A stretch of DNA of 64,000 bases from Myxococcota bacterium (GTDB lineage: Bacteria; Myxococcota_A; UBA796; GCA-2862545), in contig JBCCQY010000021.1 of NCBI GenBank assembly GCA_039208735.1, positions 1 through 64,000 on the forward strand. The letters run 5' to 3'. A program made the translations under genes and the position numbers. Below are positions 1-10,174 of the stretch, one piece after another. Each line of letters starts with the position of its first letter. Position 1 is the first letter of the stretch. The notes beneath the pieces are model-generated. The model was not told the origin of the DNA and searched no databases. It saw only the letters and a program-made list of their open reading frames with translations.

Positions 1-1
1 A

Positions 2-24
2 TTGATAATGAATTTCATTTTCAA
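2..24. promoter_or_regulatory. Fur-box-like palindrome 1
   Basis: TTGATAATGAATTTCATTTTCAA, an AT-rich imperfect palindrome. Its reverse complement matches the site at 32454 in 22/23 positions. The target may lie left of the window. Confidence 0.75.
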
Positions 25-191
25 ATAGAAATTCGAAGATAAAGCGAACTCGTCGAGGGCAAGGGAACGGTGCGTCGGTTGACGTCGCGTCAGTCGCAAC
101 AAGTCCCCCGTGTCCTCAAAGAAAGTCGCAAGAATCCTCTAAGGTTCGATGGGCATGGCGCCTTTAGGCTGGAAGCAGATCTGGAGGTCGA

Positions 192-2486
192 ATGCGCCGA
201 GTCCTGCCTTGGGCCCTTGTGTTGGGGTGCGACCCAACCGGAACCACAGCCGCATCTCCTGCGAGCTGGGCGTTCATCGTGGATGTCGAGCGGCCCACCT
301 TCCAGCGAACTGCCACCGATGGACCCACAAACGATCGCGTAAGCATGGAGTCCCGGGCGCGTGTGGTGACGCTCGATGCGTGTGAGGCCTTCTCGCAGGG
401 TGCCGTGGAGTGGCTGGTACGAACCCGAGTGGGCAACAACCAAGTCAGCGAACCGATTGTTGCCGTCGCGCCAGGTGGGGGAGCTTTAGGAGAGGATTGC
501 CGAGTTCTTTGGCAAGCACCCTACGAGGGTGCGTTTCAGGTGGAGGCGCGACAAGGCAACGGGGTGGGGGGGGCGAATGTCGATGTGCGCGACATTTGGC
601 TTGTTTCGATGGGTGACTCTTTTTCGAGCGGAGAAGGCAACCCCGATGATTGGGGCGTTACCTTTACGACTTGGCAAGACGAACAGTGTCACCGTTCGGG
701 GTTTGGCTGGCCCGCGCGACTGGCCGAGCGGATTCAGGATCGTCACCCCGATGCGCAGGTTCTGTTGACCTACCTGCCCTGTTCTGGGGCAAAGATCACA
801 AGCGGCATGTTGGGCCCCTACGGAGGGGCGGAGTCTGGCCCTCAACTCGATCCACAGCTCGATGTTGCACGTGGACTTGTGATCGAGGCAAGTGAACCGC
901 TTGGAGAGTGGCTACCGATGGACCGTCAGCCTGACGCCGTATTGATGACGGGCGGGGGCAACGACATCGGATTCGCGGGCATCGTTGAGGACTCCCTCAA
1001 GTTTGGACCGTCCACGGAACTGCGTGGTGCGATGGACGGGAAGATCCGGGATCTGAGTGAGGTACTGGGTTGGCTCTATGTTGCGCTGGAGACGCAAGAC
1101 TTACAGCCGCGCAGTCCCGATGGCGAGGTGCGATCCGACCGGACCTATGTGCTTGAGTACGCGGACCCCACACGGGGAGACGATGGCACGTTCGACGCCT
1201 GCTGGACCGACAACTCCTTCTTTATGTCTCACGTGGACATGGAGCTGCTCTACCGAGAGGTCGTGGCCAGGGTCAACGAGACCGTTCGTCTTGAAGCGAG
1301 TTTCGCGGGGGCCACCGCCGTTCCCATCGAAGACCTGTTCTCGACGCACGGGGTGTGTGGTGACCCCCCATGGTTTCGGTTTCCAGCGGAGTCCTTCGTC
1401 ATCCAGGGCAACAAGGATGGGACGTACCACCCCACCACTGCCGGCCATGCCGCGATGGCTGAACGTGCCGATGCGTACGTGATCATCGATGACAATGCGG
1501 ACCATGTTCACACCCCAAGGTTCGACGTGCAGGTACTGGCCAACGGGCACACCTGGGATCCGGTGGTGAATGGCCAAGTCCGCCAGGGGCCGCTTGAAGT
1601 CGTCGTTCTCCCCAACGATCCGCGTGTCGTCGTCGAACTTCATACCGAGAGTGGGATTCTGGGGCAAGGCCAGGGGATCCTTGACGAAATCGGAGATGTG
1701 ACGTTGACGGTGCGCCGGTGGTGGCAGCCCCGCGGGCCCAATGCCGATCGGTTGCCGTTGCCTGACAAGACCGTCGAGCTGACGTTGCTGCCCTCACGCA
1801 ATGAACTTCTCGCACCACTTTCTGTTCGCCTCGAGACGAAGGGGGGCACCTTCGTGCCGCTAAGCCCGATCGATCCCCTCGCCCCGCACCTGTCCTATGT
1901 GGGGGAGACCTGGCTCGGCTCGGTTCGCGCGCTGTTCTCACACGCCGATCCGGATGTGACCATTAGTGTAGATCATACCCGGAACCCTGGTTCGGGCGAC
2001 GTCACAACGTCGTACGATGGACGGTGGCTCGATCCGGTCGGCCCGGTACGCCAACATCTCGACGTCATTGTGTACGGCGACGATCTCGAGGCGACAGCAC
2101 GGGTTGACCTTACGCTCGCTGACATCGAGGATTGGCGAAGCGAAGTCCTCGATGAACTCGTCGTTTGGGATGTGACGTCCTCGCTGTACGGCACCTTCAA
2201 TTCGGCGCGGTACACCGGCGCTGCGAATGCCCCTGTGGAGGTGCAGACCGACGGACCGTGGCAGTCCTATCGCTTCGATCCGGTAGCGGGGGCGCCGTGG
2301 GCGGCGACAGGCTTCGCACTTCGGGTGGACGGTAAACTTCGAGCCGTGAGTAGCCTCGTGAGCACTTCGGCCCAACAGGTCGAACTCATTGCATGTTTCA
2401 ACCGACTTGCCGACTGTGATGCATTGGTGCTCCACCCCGAAGGCTCAGCGGTGGTTGCAACCTATGCAATGCCACCAACGCTCTAG
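192..2486 (+). CDS. SGNH/GDSL hydrolase lipoprotein (SEST-like esterase/lipase) with C-terminal beta-rich domains
   Basis: GGAGG RBS; lipobox VLGC; motifs MGDSFSSGEG, CHRS, CSGA, GGNDIGF, YHPTTAGH. Confidence 0.85.
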   Translation: MRRVLPWALVLGCDPTGTTAASPASWAFIVDVERPTFQRTATDGPTNDRVSMESRARVVTLDACEAFSQGAVEWLVRTRVGNNQVSEPIVAVAPGGGALGEDCRVLWQAPYEGAFQVEARQGNGVGGANVDVRDIWLVSMGDSFSSGEGNPDDWGVTFTTWQDEQCHRSGFGWPARLAERIQDRHPDAQVLLTYLPCSGAKITSGMLGPYGGAESGPQLDPQLDVARGLVIEASEPLGEWLPMDRQPDAVLMTGGGNDIGFAGIVEDSLKFGPSTELRGAMDGKIRDLSEVLGWLYVALETQDLQPRSPDGEVRSDRTYVLEYADPTRGDDGTFDACWTDNSFFMSHVDMELLYREVVARVNETVRLEASFAGATAVPIEDLFSTHGVCGDPPWFRFPAESFVIQGNKDGTYHPTTAGHAAMAERADAYVIIDDNADHVHTPRFDVQVLANGHTWDPVVNGQVRQGPLEVVVLPNDPRVVVELHTESGILGQGQGILDEIGDVTLTVRRWWQPRGPNADRLPLPDKTVELTLLPSRNELLAPLSVRLETKGGTFVPLSPIDPLAPHLSYVGETWLGSVRALFSHADPDVTISVDHTRNPGSGDVTTSYDGRWLDPVGPVRQHLDVIVYGDDLEATARVDLTLADIEDWRSEVLDELVVWDVTSSLYGTFNSARYTGAANAPVEVQTDGPWQSYRFDPVAGAPWAATGFALRVDGKLRAVSSLVSTSAQQVELIACFNRLADCDALVLHPEGSAVVATYAMPPTL

Positions 2487-2664
2487 CCCGAGCGGCGGCC
2501 GAACGCGTCATGGGGCGCATCGCATCCATGGCGCGCACAAATGTGCAACGCTGCACAATGGGCTGATGACCTAATCAATGCGCATCGCGACGCCACATCG
2601 ATTGACGCACCCATGCTTCGCAGGCATGGTGCGCATCTCAACGAACGGTGGATCGGAAACGCAT

Positions 2665-5600
2665 ATGAATTGGCGAACCGCAACGATGTTCATCATCCTC
2701 GCAGGCTGTGGAGGAACCGAACTCCCCCCTGAAGAGGAGTGGGCCGCGTTGGCTCAGGTCGGCGCAGATCGCGACCTGGATGGCGTGCCCGATGCCATCG
2801 ACAACTGCCCAGACATCGCGAATGAACCAGACCAAGGGGTTCAACCGCCGGCTTGTGGGCCGGCGCTCGACGCGGTCTTGCACGACTATGTCTTCCTCGA
2901 CGCACGGATGTTCCGACCCACGGTCGGCATCGATTCGGCCCTCCAACTCAATGGGCAACCTCGGCACGTCATGCTGCACATCGTGCCCGATCCACTGTCG
3001 CCGTCGATCCTTTCGGATGCCCAAGAGACCCAACTGGACAGCCACGGCATCCTGCTGCACGACTATGTCCCCCACTACACATTCTACGCCTCAGTGCCGG
3101 GGAACCTCGCCGCCCTCACGTCGCTCGTGAACCTGTCGTGGATTCGCGGAGTTACTGCACTGACGGCCGATGACCGCATCGAGCGCGACCTCCGCGCGAC
3201 CGGCACGACTTACGATGGCCCGAACGCAGCGGGTGCCCATCGCTTCGAAGTGGAGTTCTTCAAGGACGTTCCACTCACCGCTCGCGCTACTGCGTTGTCG
3301 AACGTCAACGCGACCATCGTAGCTCAGGACGACGAAGTCTATGTGGTCGAACTGCAATTCCCAGACATGCTGACGCTTGCCAACTACGACGGAGTGGTCT
3401 GGATTTCCGACGGATCGCTCAACCTCATTGCCGACACCGATGGGGTCGGCATGGACATCGGCAATGCAGCTCGGCCCCAGTTGGACCTCAATCTGCGAGG
3501 GACGGGCCTGACGTTTGGCATGGGCGAGAACTACCATCCTCATACAGACCTGGACGCTTTCTTCGATGGTCGGGTGCAGCATGCAGGAGCCGGCAAAGAG
3601 GCCCCAGATCAAAGCAAGGGCCATGCAAACAGCGTCGCGGGCATCCTCGTCGGAGACCACACTACCGATCCTGAACTCGAAGGCGTGCTCCCCGCAGCAA
3701 GCCTTGTGAGCTACTCCACGAGGGTCTTTCCGTGGACCCACAAACATCGGGGCTACCACCAGCCCAGGTCTGCCCAGTCGAACCACGGCGCCGTCGCCTA
3801 CAACATGTCGGCTGGCTATAAAGACTGCAAGAAGCTCGGCAAGTACAAGGCGCTCAGCAAATGGACCGACAAGTCGGTCTACAAGCGGAACATCATCTTT
3901 GTTCACGGGGCGGGGAACTCGCGGAGCCACGAGGACTGCCCAACCGCCAACGTTTCGTCGATCAGCCCCACCGGGAAGAACGTATTGACCGTGGGCGACT
4001 GGCACGTCGCTTCCGAGTCCGAGGCCCCTTCGAGCGGCATCGGACCGACCGACGACGGACGGCTCAAGCCCGATCTGATGGCGCCAGGCTCCGGGATGCA
4101 AGCCCCCGTCTACGATTGGGCGGATTCAGGCTCGAACAAGAACCTCTACGCGGCGTTCGGGGGCTCATCCGCCGCCGCGCCCTTTGCCACCGGCGTAGTT
4201 GGGCAAGTCCTCGAGACCCTGGCCAATGCCACCCCCGCGATCGCTCCATCGAGTGTCGACCCCTCGACCGCCAAGGCCATCCTGTTGCACACAGCAAGAG
4301 ACGTGGGGCCGAGCGGACCGGACCACATCACGGGATATGGGCTCATCGATGCCGCCGCGGCGGTACGAATCGCCCAGGACCATGACGACTACGTGAAGCT
4401 GGGCACCATCATCCGCGCCGGTACGCACCACGACGAAACGTTCACCATCGACCCGACGGACCGCGTTTACAGCTACAAAGTGACCCTGGTGTGGGACGAC
4501 AAACAGGGTTCGCCTTGGGGCGCGGTAGCCCTCAAGGATGACCTCGATCTACAGGTCACCGATCCGTTGGGCAACGTGCACTACGCTTGGAATGTGGTGC
4601 CCCCGGCCTCGCCCACCCTGGCCGACCTCCAGGCAGGAGGGCAACCTTGCAACGCGGCGGGATGTGTCGATCATCGAAATCCTGTCGAGCAGGTCGTGAT
4701 CTCGAATGGCGGGGCTCCGCTTTCGCAAGGTCTCTGGACGATCCGGGTCAACGGTCATCGACTCGTATCGCGGGACGTTCCGTTCACGTTGGTCCTGTCG
4801 CCAGAGTGTCCCATCCGAATCACCACCGACACGACCCTCACCGGTGATGTGACCTGCCCTTACGAAAGCCTTTCGCGCAAGGCGGTGATCATCGAGCGCA
4901 ATGGTGTCACCCTCGACTGTAACGGACACAGCATCCAAGGCCCGACCGCCGTAGGCACCGTCGAAGATCCCACGGTGGGAATCTGGACCAATCGCGACGA
5001 CGTCACGATCACCAACTGTACCGTGACCAACTTTGATGTCGGCCTTTGGTGGGAGGACGGTGCGCGAGGCCGCAGCCTCACCAACACGGTGGCCCACAGC
5101 ACGTTCAGAGGCGTGCGACTGGAGGGTTTCGAGCACCGCGTGGAGGACACCACCATCAATGGGGTCACCGACAATGAAGGGATCGGGATGGAGCTGCAAG
5201 GCAAGTCGCACATCCTGTACGACAACGTGATCACGTTGGCATCAGGACCGGGGGAGCGAAGTGGCGTTTGGGTATGGCAGAACCAAGTTGACGCCGGGGC
5301 ACACCGCATCACGTGGAACAACATCAGCAATACCGACGTCGGCATCGAACTCCAGGGGATTTCGGAGGACGAAGGAGAGCCAGATGTTCCCGACCTCGTC
5401 GACACCCGGGTCGAGTGGAACGACATCGAAGGGGTGTTCGGTCATGGAATCACCTTGTTCGAGACCGACGAGGTGGTGATCAATCTCAATGAGATTGTCG
5501 GGTACGGCGCCTCGGACATCGGCATCTTCGGGTCCGAGGAAAAGAGCGACATCATCTCGGGCAACGAGATTCGAGGTTCCACCGGTTCAAGCCAGAAAGG

Positions 5601-6780
5601 GATTCGGCTGTCCAATGGGACATCGACGCTGGTCCGGGCCAATCGAATTTGGGATTCGGGCATCGCCATCGAAGAGGAAGGAGGCAACAGCAATCGCATC
5701 TTCCTGAATCGCTCCACCTCTCCCAATCTACAGGGCATCCGCGTGCAAAACTGCAACAGCATCGGCGCCCAACATATCGATCAGAATGAGGTATTCGCCG
5801 ATGGTGCTGTGGGCATTTTCATGAGCGACTGTTCGGATGGCCGCATCTCGGACAATCTCGTTGAAGACGCGGTCACGGGAATCTTCATCAATACCGTAAT
5901 GGAAGACCCGAGTGCCGTGACGGTCAACAGCAACATTGTTCGACGTCCTCAGGCCCTGGGCATCCGAGCCGACCGGCTCGACCAAGCCAACATCTTTGGC
6001 AATACCATTACGCACACCGATGGCAACGCCACGGGCATCCAAGTGCTCAATACAACGGGACTCGATCTGGTCGACAACGGAGTTCAGTCACTGAATACCT
6101 GTTTGTCGGTGAATGCCACCACCGACGCCTCCATCGACAGCAATCGACTCAATGATTGCAATACGGTGGGAATTGTGGTCGCAGGTGGGGACGTTGAACT
6201 CGACGACAACGAGTTCCAGGCCATGGCTGACATTGGCATCGACCTGGTGGGGACCCAGGCGCTGGTCCTCCAACAGCGATTTGTGAGCGCCACCGGTAGC
6301 GTGGGGATTCGCGCCGAGGGAACGACAGGTGTGTCGCCAGTGACTGGCGATCTTGAAATTGTCGACCAGCTGCTGACCACGGGCTACCAGACGGGGCTAC
6401 TGCTGCGACCGGGATGGGACCGATTGGTCCTTCGAGACAACGACATCTACGGCTCGAGCCACGGCCTGCTGACCGAATCTGGCGCAACCGTCGGCCTGAC
6501 GACGCTCGACATCCACAACAATGCCTTCACGAGCGGGATCGGAGGTATCGATGCAGAGTTCGCCAACGCCACCTACGCATCAGCCGGTCGCTACAGTGAT
6601 GCCGCAACCTTGGACCTCATCGATGGAGACGGCGATGGACTCGCGGATTGCGGGCTCGATTACCCTTACCAGTCTGCCACATTCAGTGGTGGTGGGGCGC
6701 ATCCCTTGCGGTTTTCTTTCACGACAATCGAGCTGAAGGACTGGTCCCCCGCGACGTCGGTGTCAGGAACCTGCCCGTAA
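2665..6780 (+). CDS. S8 subtilase lipoprotein with TSP3-like Ca-binding motif and C-terminal right-handed beta-helix repeats
   Basis: Start moved to MNWRTATMFIILAGC (lipobox). Motifs DRDLDGVPDAIDNCP, GHANSVAG, GAGNS, GPTDDGRLKPDLMAPG, GGSSAAAP, TGYGLIDA, followed by GIxL..N.I repeats. Confidence 0.88.
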   Translation: MNWRTATMFIILAGCGGTELPPEEEWAALAQVGADRDLDGVPDAIDNCPDIANEPDQGVQPPACGPALDAVLHDYVFLDARMFRPTVGIDSALQLNGQPRHVMLHIVPDPLSPSILSDAQETQLDSHGILLHDYVPHYTFYASVPGNLAALTSLVNLSWIRGVTALTADDRIERDLRATGTTYDGPNAAGAHRFEVEFFKDVPLTARATALSNVNATIVAQDDEVYVVELQFPDMLTLANYDGVVWISDGSLNLIADTDGVGMDIGNAARPQLDLNLRGTGLTFGMGENYHPHTDLDAFFDGRVQHAGAGKEAPDQSKGHANSVAGILVGDHTTDPELEGVLPAASLVSYSTRVFPWTHKHRGYHQPRSAQSNHGAVAYNMSAGYKDCKKLGKYKALSKWTDKSVYKRNIIFVHGAGNSRSHEDCPTANVSSISPTGKNVLTVGDWHVASESEAPSSGIGPTDDGRLKPDLMAPGSGMQAPVYDWADSGSNKNLYAAFGGSSAAAPFATGVVGQVLETLANATPAIAPSSVDPSTAKAILLHTARDVGPSGPDHITGYGLIDAAAAVRIAQDHDDYVKLGTIIRAGTHHDETFTIDPTDRVYSYKVTLVWDDKQGSPWGAVALKDDLDLQVTDPLGNVHYAWNVVPPASPTLADLQAGGQPCNAAGCVDHRNPVEQVVISNGGAPLSQGLWTIRVNGHRLVSRDVPFTLVLSPECPIRITTDTTLTGDVTCPYESLSRKAVIIERNGVTLDCNGHSIQGPTAVGTVEDPTVGIWTNRDDVTITNCTVTNFDVGLWWEDGARGRSLTNTVAHSTFRGVRLEGFEHRVEDTTINGVTDNEGIGMELQGKSHILYDNVITLASGPGERSGVWVWQNQVDAGAHRITWNNISNTDVGIELQGISEDEGEPDVPDLVDTRVEWNDIEGVFGHGITLFETDEVVINLNEIVGYGASDIGIFGSEEKSDIISGNEIRGSTGSSQKGIRLSNGTSTLVRANRIWDSGIAIEEEGGNSNRIFLNRSTSPNLQGIRVQNCNSIGAQHIDQNEVFADGAVGIFMSDCSDGRISDNLVEDAVTGIFINTVMEDPSAVTVNSNIVRRPQALGIRADRLDQANIFGNTITHTDGNATGIQVLNTTGLDLVDNGVQSLNTCLSVNATTDASIDSNRLNDCNTVGIVVAGGDVELDDNEFQAMADIGIDLVGTQALVLQQRFVSATGSVGIRAEGTTGVSPVTGDLEIVDQLLTTGYQTGLLLRPGWDRLVLRDNDIYGSSHGLLTESGATVGLTTLDIHNNAFTSGIGGIDAEFANATYASAGRYSDAATLDLIDGDGDGLADCGLDYPYQSATFSGGGAHPLRFSFTTIELKDWSPATSVSGTCP

Positions 6781-6802
6781 TCACCTACACGTGAGACTGT
6801 GT

Positions 6803-7807
6803 TCAGCGACAAGTCTGCGGTCTGGAGACCGGCGAGCCTGAACACTGCAGCGCCAGGTTTAGGGTGCAACTCGAGGTCGCATCGAAGTACGACCCCGAGT
6901 CCCCGCAGGCCGGCACAATCGATGCCTCCCACCCCTCGATGACGAAGCAGCCCTGAAGAATGTCGCCTGCGCAGGCGCCATCGATGAGCGAATCGCGAGG
7001 GGTTTCAACCCCATCGCAGTCGTAGTCGTACGAACCGTCCCCTCGGTTCGAAGAAAAGTAGTCGGTCTGACCTGGGTAAACCGATGCGTTGGAGTCAAAG
7101 CAATCCTGCGTATTGGTTGAAGCAAATTGGCCCTGCGCGAAGCAGGTGCATTGGTCGATGCTCGGGTCACCATAGCCGTCGCCATCCACATCCCGATAGT
7201 AGGTCGTGCAATCGATGGCATCGTTGTCCACCCTGTCGTCGCAGTCGTTGTCCAAGCCGTCGCATCGCTCCATGAGGCCTGGGGCGACGAAGGGATTGGC
7301 ATCGTCACAATCCCCCTCGTTCTCGCTGACCCCATCGCCGTCTTCATCCATGTCCGCAAGGGCCCGGGTACGGATGCCTTTGAGCTGCGCGGTCCCCACC
7401 CGACCGTCGGGGGCCGTGGCGTTGACGGTGACATCGATGGGTTTGACTCCAATGTGTGGTGAACACCGAAACCGCCCTCCCGCGTCCGGAAATCCCTCGC
7501 AGAGGACCGTAAACGCCTGGTCCGTCAGGACCACGTTCAGCCGGTCCCGAGGTGCGGAACCGTCTTCAACCTGCATCTCGAATTGCACAGGTTCTCCTTC
7601 GATACCAACGAAGCCTTTTGCGTCGGGCACGGGCAGAAGGATGAGCAAGCGAGGCGCCATGGTTTCATCGGGCAGCGGCGGGTTCGACGAACCGGTATCG
7701 TCTGTAGTACGTCCTGTTTCGGCCACATCCGGAACGTCAGGGACCGAATCCCCTTGGTTCGCGCACCCAAACCCCAACCCTACGACCACCCACCATCGTC
7801 GTACCAT
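6803..7807 (-). CDS. Lipoprotein with putative metal-binding (MopE-like) Cys/Asp repeats
   Basis: Start MVRRWWVVVGLGFGC after AGAGG; DCDDANPFVAPGLMERCDGLDNDCDD; YYRDVDGDGYGD. Confidence 0.8.
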   Translation of the reverse strand: MVRRWWVVVGLGFGCANQGDSVPDVPDVAETGRTTDDTGSSNPPLPDETMAPRLLILLPVPDAKGFVGIEGEPVQFEMQVEDGSAPRDRLNVVLTDQAFTVLCEGFPDAGGRFRCSPHIGVKPIDVTVNATAPDGRVGTAQLKGIRTRALADMDEDGDGVSENEGDCDDANPFVAPGLMERCDGLDNDCDDRVDNDAIDCTTYYRDVDGDGYGDPSIDQCTCFAQGQFASTNTQDCFDSNASVYPGQTDYFSSNRGDGSYDYDCDGVETPRDSLIDGACAGDILQGCFVIEGWEASIVPACGDSGSYFDATSSCTLNLALQCSGSPVSRPQTCR

Positions 7808-7897
7808 TCGCACCTCTGCTTGGTCGTAGCCCACCGCAGCCCTCAAGATGCGGGTAGACTTGTGACGATTGTGACGGTCTGTACGGACTCCCGCTGG

Positions 7898-9535
7898 CTA
7901 CGGTTCTCCCGTGCCTTCTTGGAGGATCTGCAGGTCGGTCGAAGCAGGTCGCACAAACCGTTCGGTGAGGCCCGAGGGCCAACGCACGGTCAACTCCGTG
8001 GTGTCGTCATCCCCCAATCCGAAGGTCAACCAAGGGCTGTTGGTGGAAGCGAAGCTCGAGCCGGCGGCCACCTCTCGGGTTTGAACGCCGATGGATGACG
8101 AAGACGTCACTCGCGCCCCAATCCCCATTCGGTTGCTTTGGGTCCCCACAAGCTGCACGGTGATCGATCGATGGGTGTGGCCGAGGTTGCGCAACAACAC
8201 CGGATGGCCGTCCCCCGAGATCGGGCCGTCCGGCGTAAGCGTCTCAAACGCCGTTTTGATGATGACGAGGTCGGGATATCCGTCCCCATCGTAGTCGGCG
8301 ACGGCCAGACCGCTGGTCGACTCGCGTTGGAGATCAAATTCGAGCGCGGCCGAAAAGTTGCCCTCGCCATCATTTTCGTGGATTCGCCCTGGGCTCGCCA
8401 GGTCGTCGATGAACAGCAGGGGTCCGATGGCGACGCTACCCACCTCAACCAGATCTTCGTCCCCATCGTTGTCGAAATCGGCGAAGGCCGCGCCCCAGGC
8501 CCATTCCCAGTCCCCCAAGCCCGAGGCATGGGTCACGTCGCGATACGTGCCGTCGCCGTTGTTCTGGAACATCACATGTTCGCCGGCCAGGCCGGGCGCG
8601 AAGGGATTGTTGGGGCCCATGCCGGTCGAGAAAAGGTCCAATGCGCCGTCCTGATCGGTGTCTCCAAGGGCAATGGCCATCGGAAATCCGTCCCTTGCGC
8701 GCAGCCCCGCTGCCTTAGCCACGTCAACAAAGGTTCGATCCCCTTGATTGATCCACATTTCCCAAGGTCCGGGGATCGGGAGCGGCTGCGGTCCGGACGT
8801 GTCCAGATTGGCGCAGTTTCCCATCAGGAGGTCCATCCACCCATCGTCGTTGACGTCGGAGAACCCAGCCACACAGCCTCCCCGCGCAGTGTCGATTCCC
8901 GCCAGTTCACTAATGTCGATGAAGGTGCCATCTCCCTGGTTGTGGTAGAGCTTCTGGGGCGTGAGCTGGCCCACCGTGAGGTCACCCGGACTCGCCACAA
9001 GCAAATCGACAAACCCATCATTGTCGATGTCTCCAAACGCCGACATCAACGCCAGATGATTTGCGTCAATTCCCGATTGTGGAGTCGTGTCTTCAAACGT
9101 ACCGTCACAGCGGTTGGTGTAGAGTCGACTGGGGCGACCCAAGCCAATGAAGCCTCCCGCACCGGTAAGGAAGAGATCCACACAGCCATCGTTGTTGATG
9201 TCTGCGGCGTTGGCCCCTGTAAAGCCGCTGCCCTCGCCCGTGATGCCCGCTTCGCCGGCCACGTCGACAAAGGAGCCACCGTCATTGCGAAACAGCGCAT
9301 TGTCGCCTCCAGGAGCGTTGGGAAGGAACAGGTCGAGGTCCCCGTCACGGTCGTAGTCGAGCCAGGCGGCCCCTCCCAAGTGCGCTGAGCCTGGATCGTT
9401 GACTCGCTCCCAGTTCAGTGCGGCGGACCGGTCTTCGAACGCGATGTCCTCGGTTGAACCCTCGCTGGTGTGGCAGGCGAAACAGAGCATCGCCAACCCG
9501 CTGCCAATCGAGTTGAGGAAACGAGAGTTAGTCAT
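7898..9535 (-). CDS. CRTAC1-like FG-GAP/VCBS repeat lipoprotein with C-terminal ASPIC/UnbV domain
   Basis: Repeats DYDRDGDLDL, DINNDGCVDL, DFDNDGDEDL; C-terminal SNRMGIGARV...FGLG...VRWPSG; the start overlaps the stop of the upstream gene. Confidence 0.88.
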   Translation of the reverse strand: MTNSRFLNSIGSGLAMLCFACHTSEGSTEDIAFEDRSAALNWERVNDPGSAHLGGAAWLDYDRDGDLDLFLPNAPGGDNALFRNDGGSFVDVAGEAGITGEGSGFTGANAADINNDGCVDLFLTGAGGFIGLGRPSRLYTNRCDGTFEDTTPQSGIDANHLALMSAFGDIDNDGFVDLLVASPGDLTVGQLTPQKLYHNQGDGTFIDISELAGIDTARGGCVAGFSDVNDDGWMDLLMGNCANLDTSGPQPLPIPGPWEMWINQGDRTFVDVAKAAGLRARDGFPMAIALGDTDQDGALDLFSTGMGPNNPFAPGLAGEHVMFQNNGDGTYRDVTHASGLGDWEWAWGAAFADFDNDGDEDLVEVGSVAIGPLLFIDDLASPGRIHENDGEGNFSAALEFDLQRESTSGLAVADYDGDGYPDLVIIKTAFETLTPDGPISGDGHPVLLRNLGHTHRSITVQLVGTQSNRMGIGARVTSSSSIGVQTREVAAGSSFASTNSPWLTFGLGDDDTTELTVRWPSGLTERFVRPASTDLQILQEGTGEP

Positions 9536-10037
9536 GGTGGTCACTTCCTGGAAAGACGTCAACGGAGGTGTGCGCGACGCGAGCGCAGGCATCCGTGGCG
9601 TGGGCTTCCACCACCCGGGTCTGGGCAACGGGCCACTCCTTGAGCAATAGGAAGAGGCCGCCGAACAGGTAGCCCTCGTCGTCGGCGTCGACGGCGTACT
9701 CAGGCTCAAGTTCGTACGTCACGTCCCCAATGCGGCAGCCCTCGGGACACGCGGATCCCTCGACAAGGGCCCCCAGGTTCAACCGAAGGGGAAACGCCAC
9801 GTCCGGAGGCTCCGGTGGTGGCGAGACCATTCGGAGTCTCGTGGAAAGAACCAGGTGAACTCCCCCCTGTAGGCCATGCTCGACCTGGGGTTCCACGTTC
9901 GGGCCGAAGCGGGCGAAGGGGTCTCGACCTTGACCGAGTTCGAGCTGAAGCACCGCCTCGTCATCGCAGAGAGGCTCGGGCACACACGCCATCGCACCAA
10001 GCCAGAGCCCCACCCATGCGCCGTAACGCCTCGACAT
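9528..10037 (-). CDS. Hypothetical lipoprotein
   Basis: GGGGAG RBS; MSRRYGAWVGLWLGAMAC lipobox; VEHGLQGGVHL motif. Confidence 0.7.
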   Translation of the reverse strand: MSRRYGAWVGLWLGAMACVPEPLCDDEAVLQLELGQGRDPFARFGPNVEPQVEHGLQGGVHLVLSTRLRMVSPPPEPPDVAFPLRLNLGALVEGSACPEGCRIGDVTYELEPEYAVDADDEGYLFGGLFLLLKEWPVAQTRVVEAHATDACARVAHTSVDVFPGSDHHD

Positions 10038-10174
10038 CGCTCCCCCGCGCTCGCGCCACCTCCTGGACATACGAGGCGTCAGGTCGCTCAAGTGTGCCAG
10101 GTTGTGTCAGCACGCCAGTCGCAAGGAGGGCACCGGCTGGCGTCGCCGTCGGGCCCGGCGGTCTGTGAGCACCG

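Noticed and set aside
2487..2664. GCGCAT/GCACAA-rich intergenic region with a small hairpin as an ncRNA or riboswitch
   Set aside because: No recognisable conserved RNA motif; it may simply be promoter sequence. An Rfam search would be needed.
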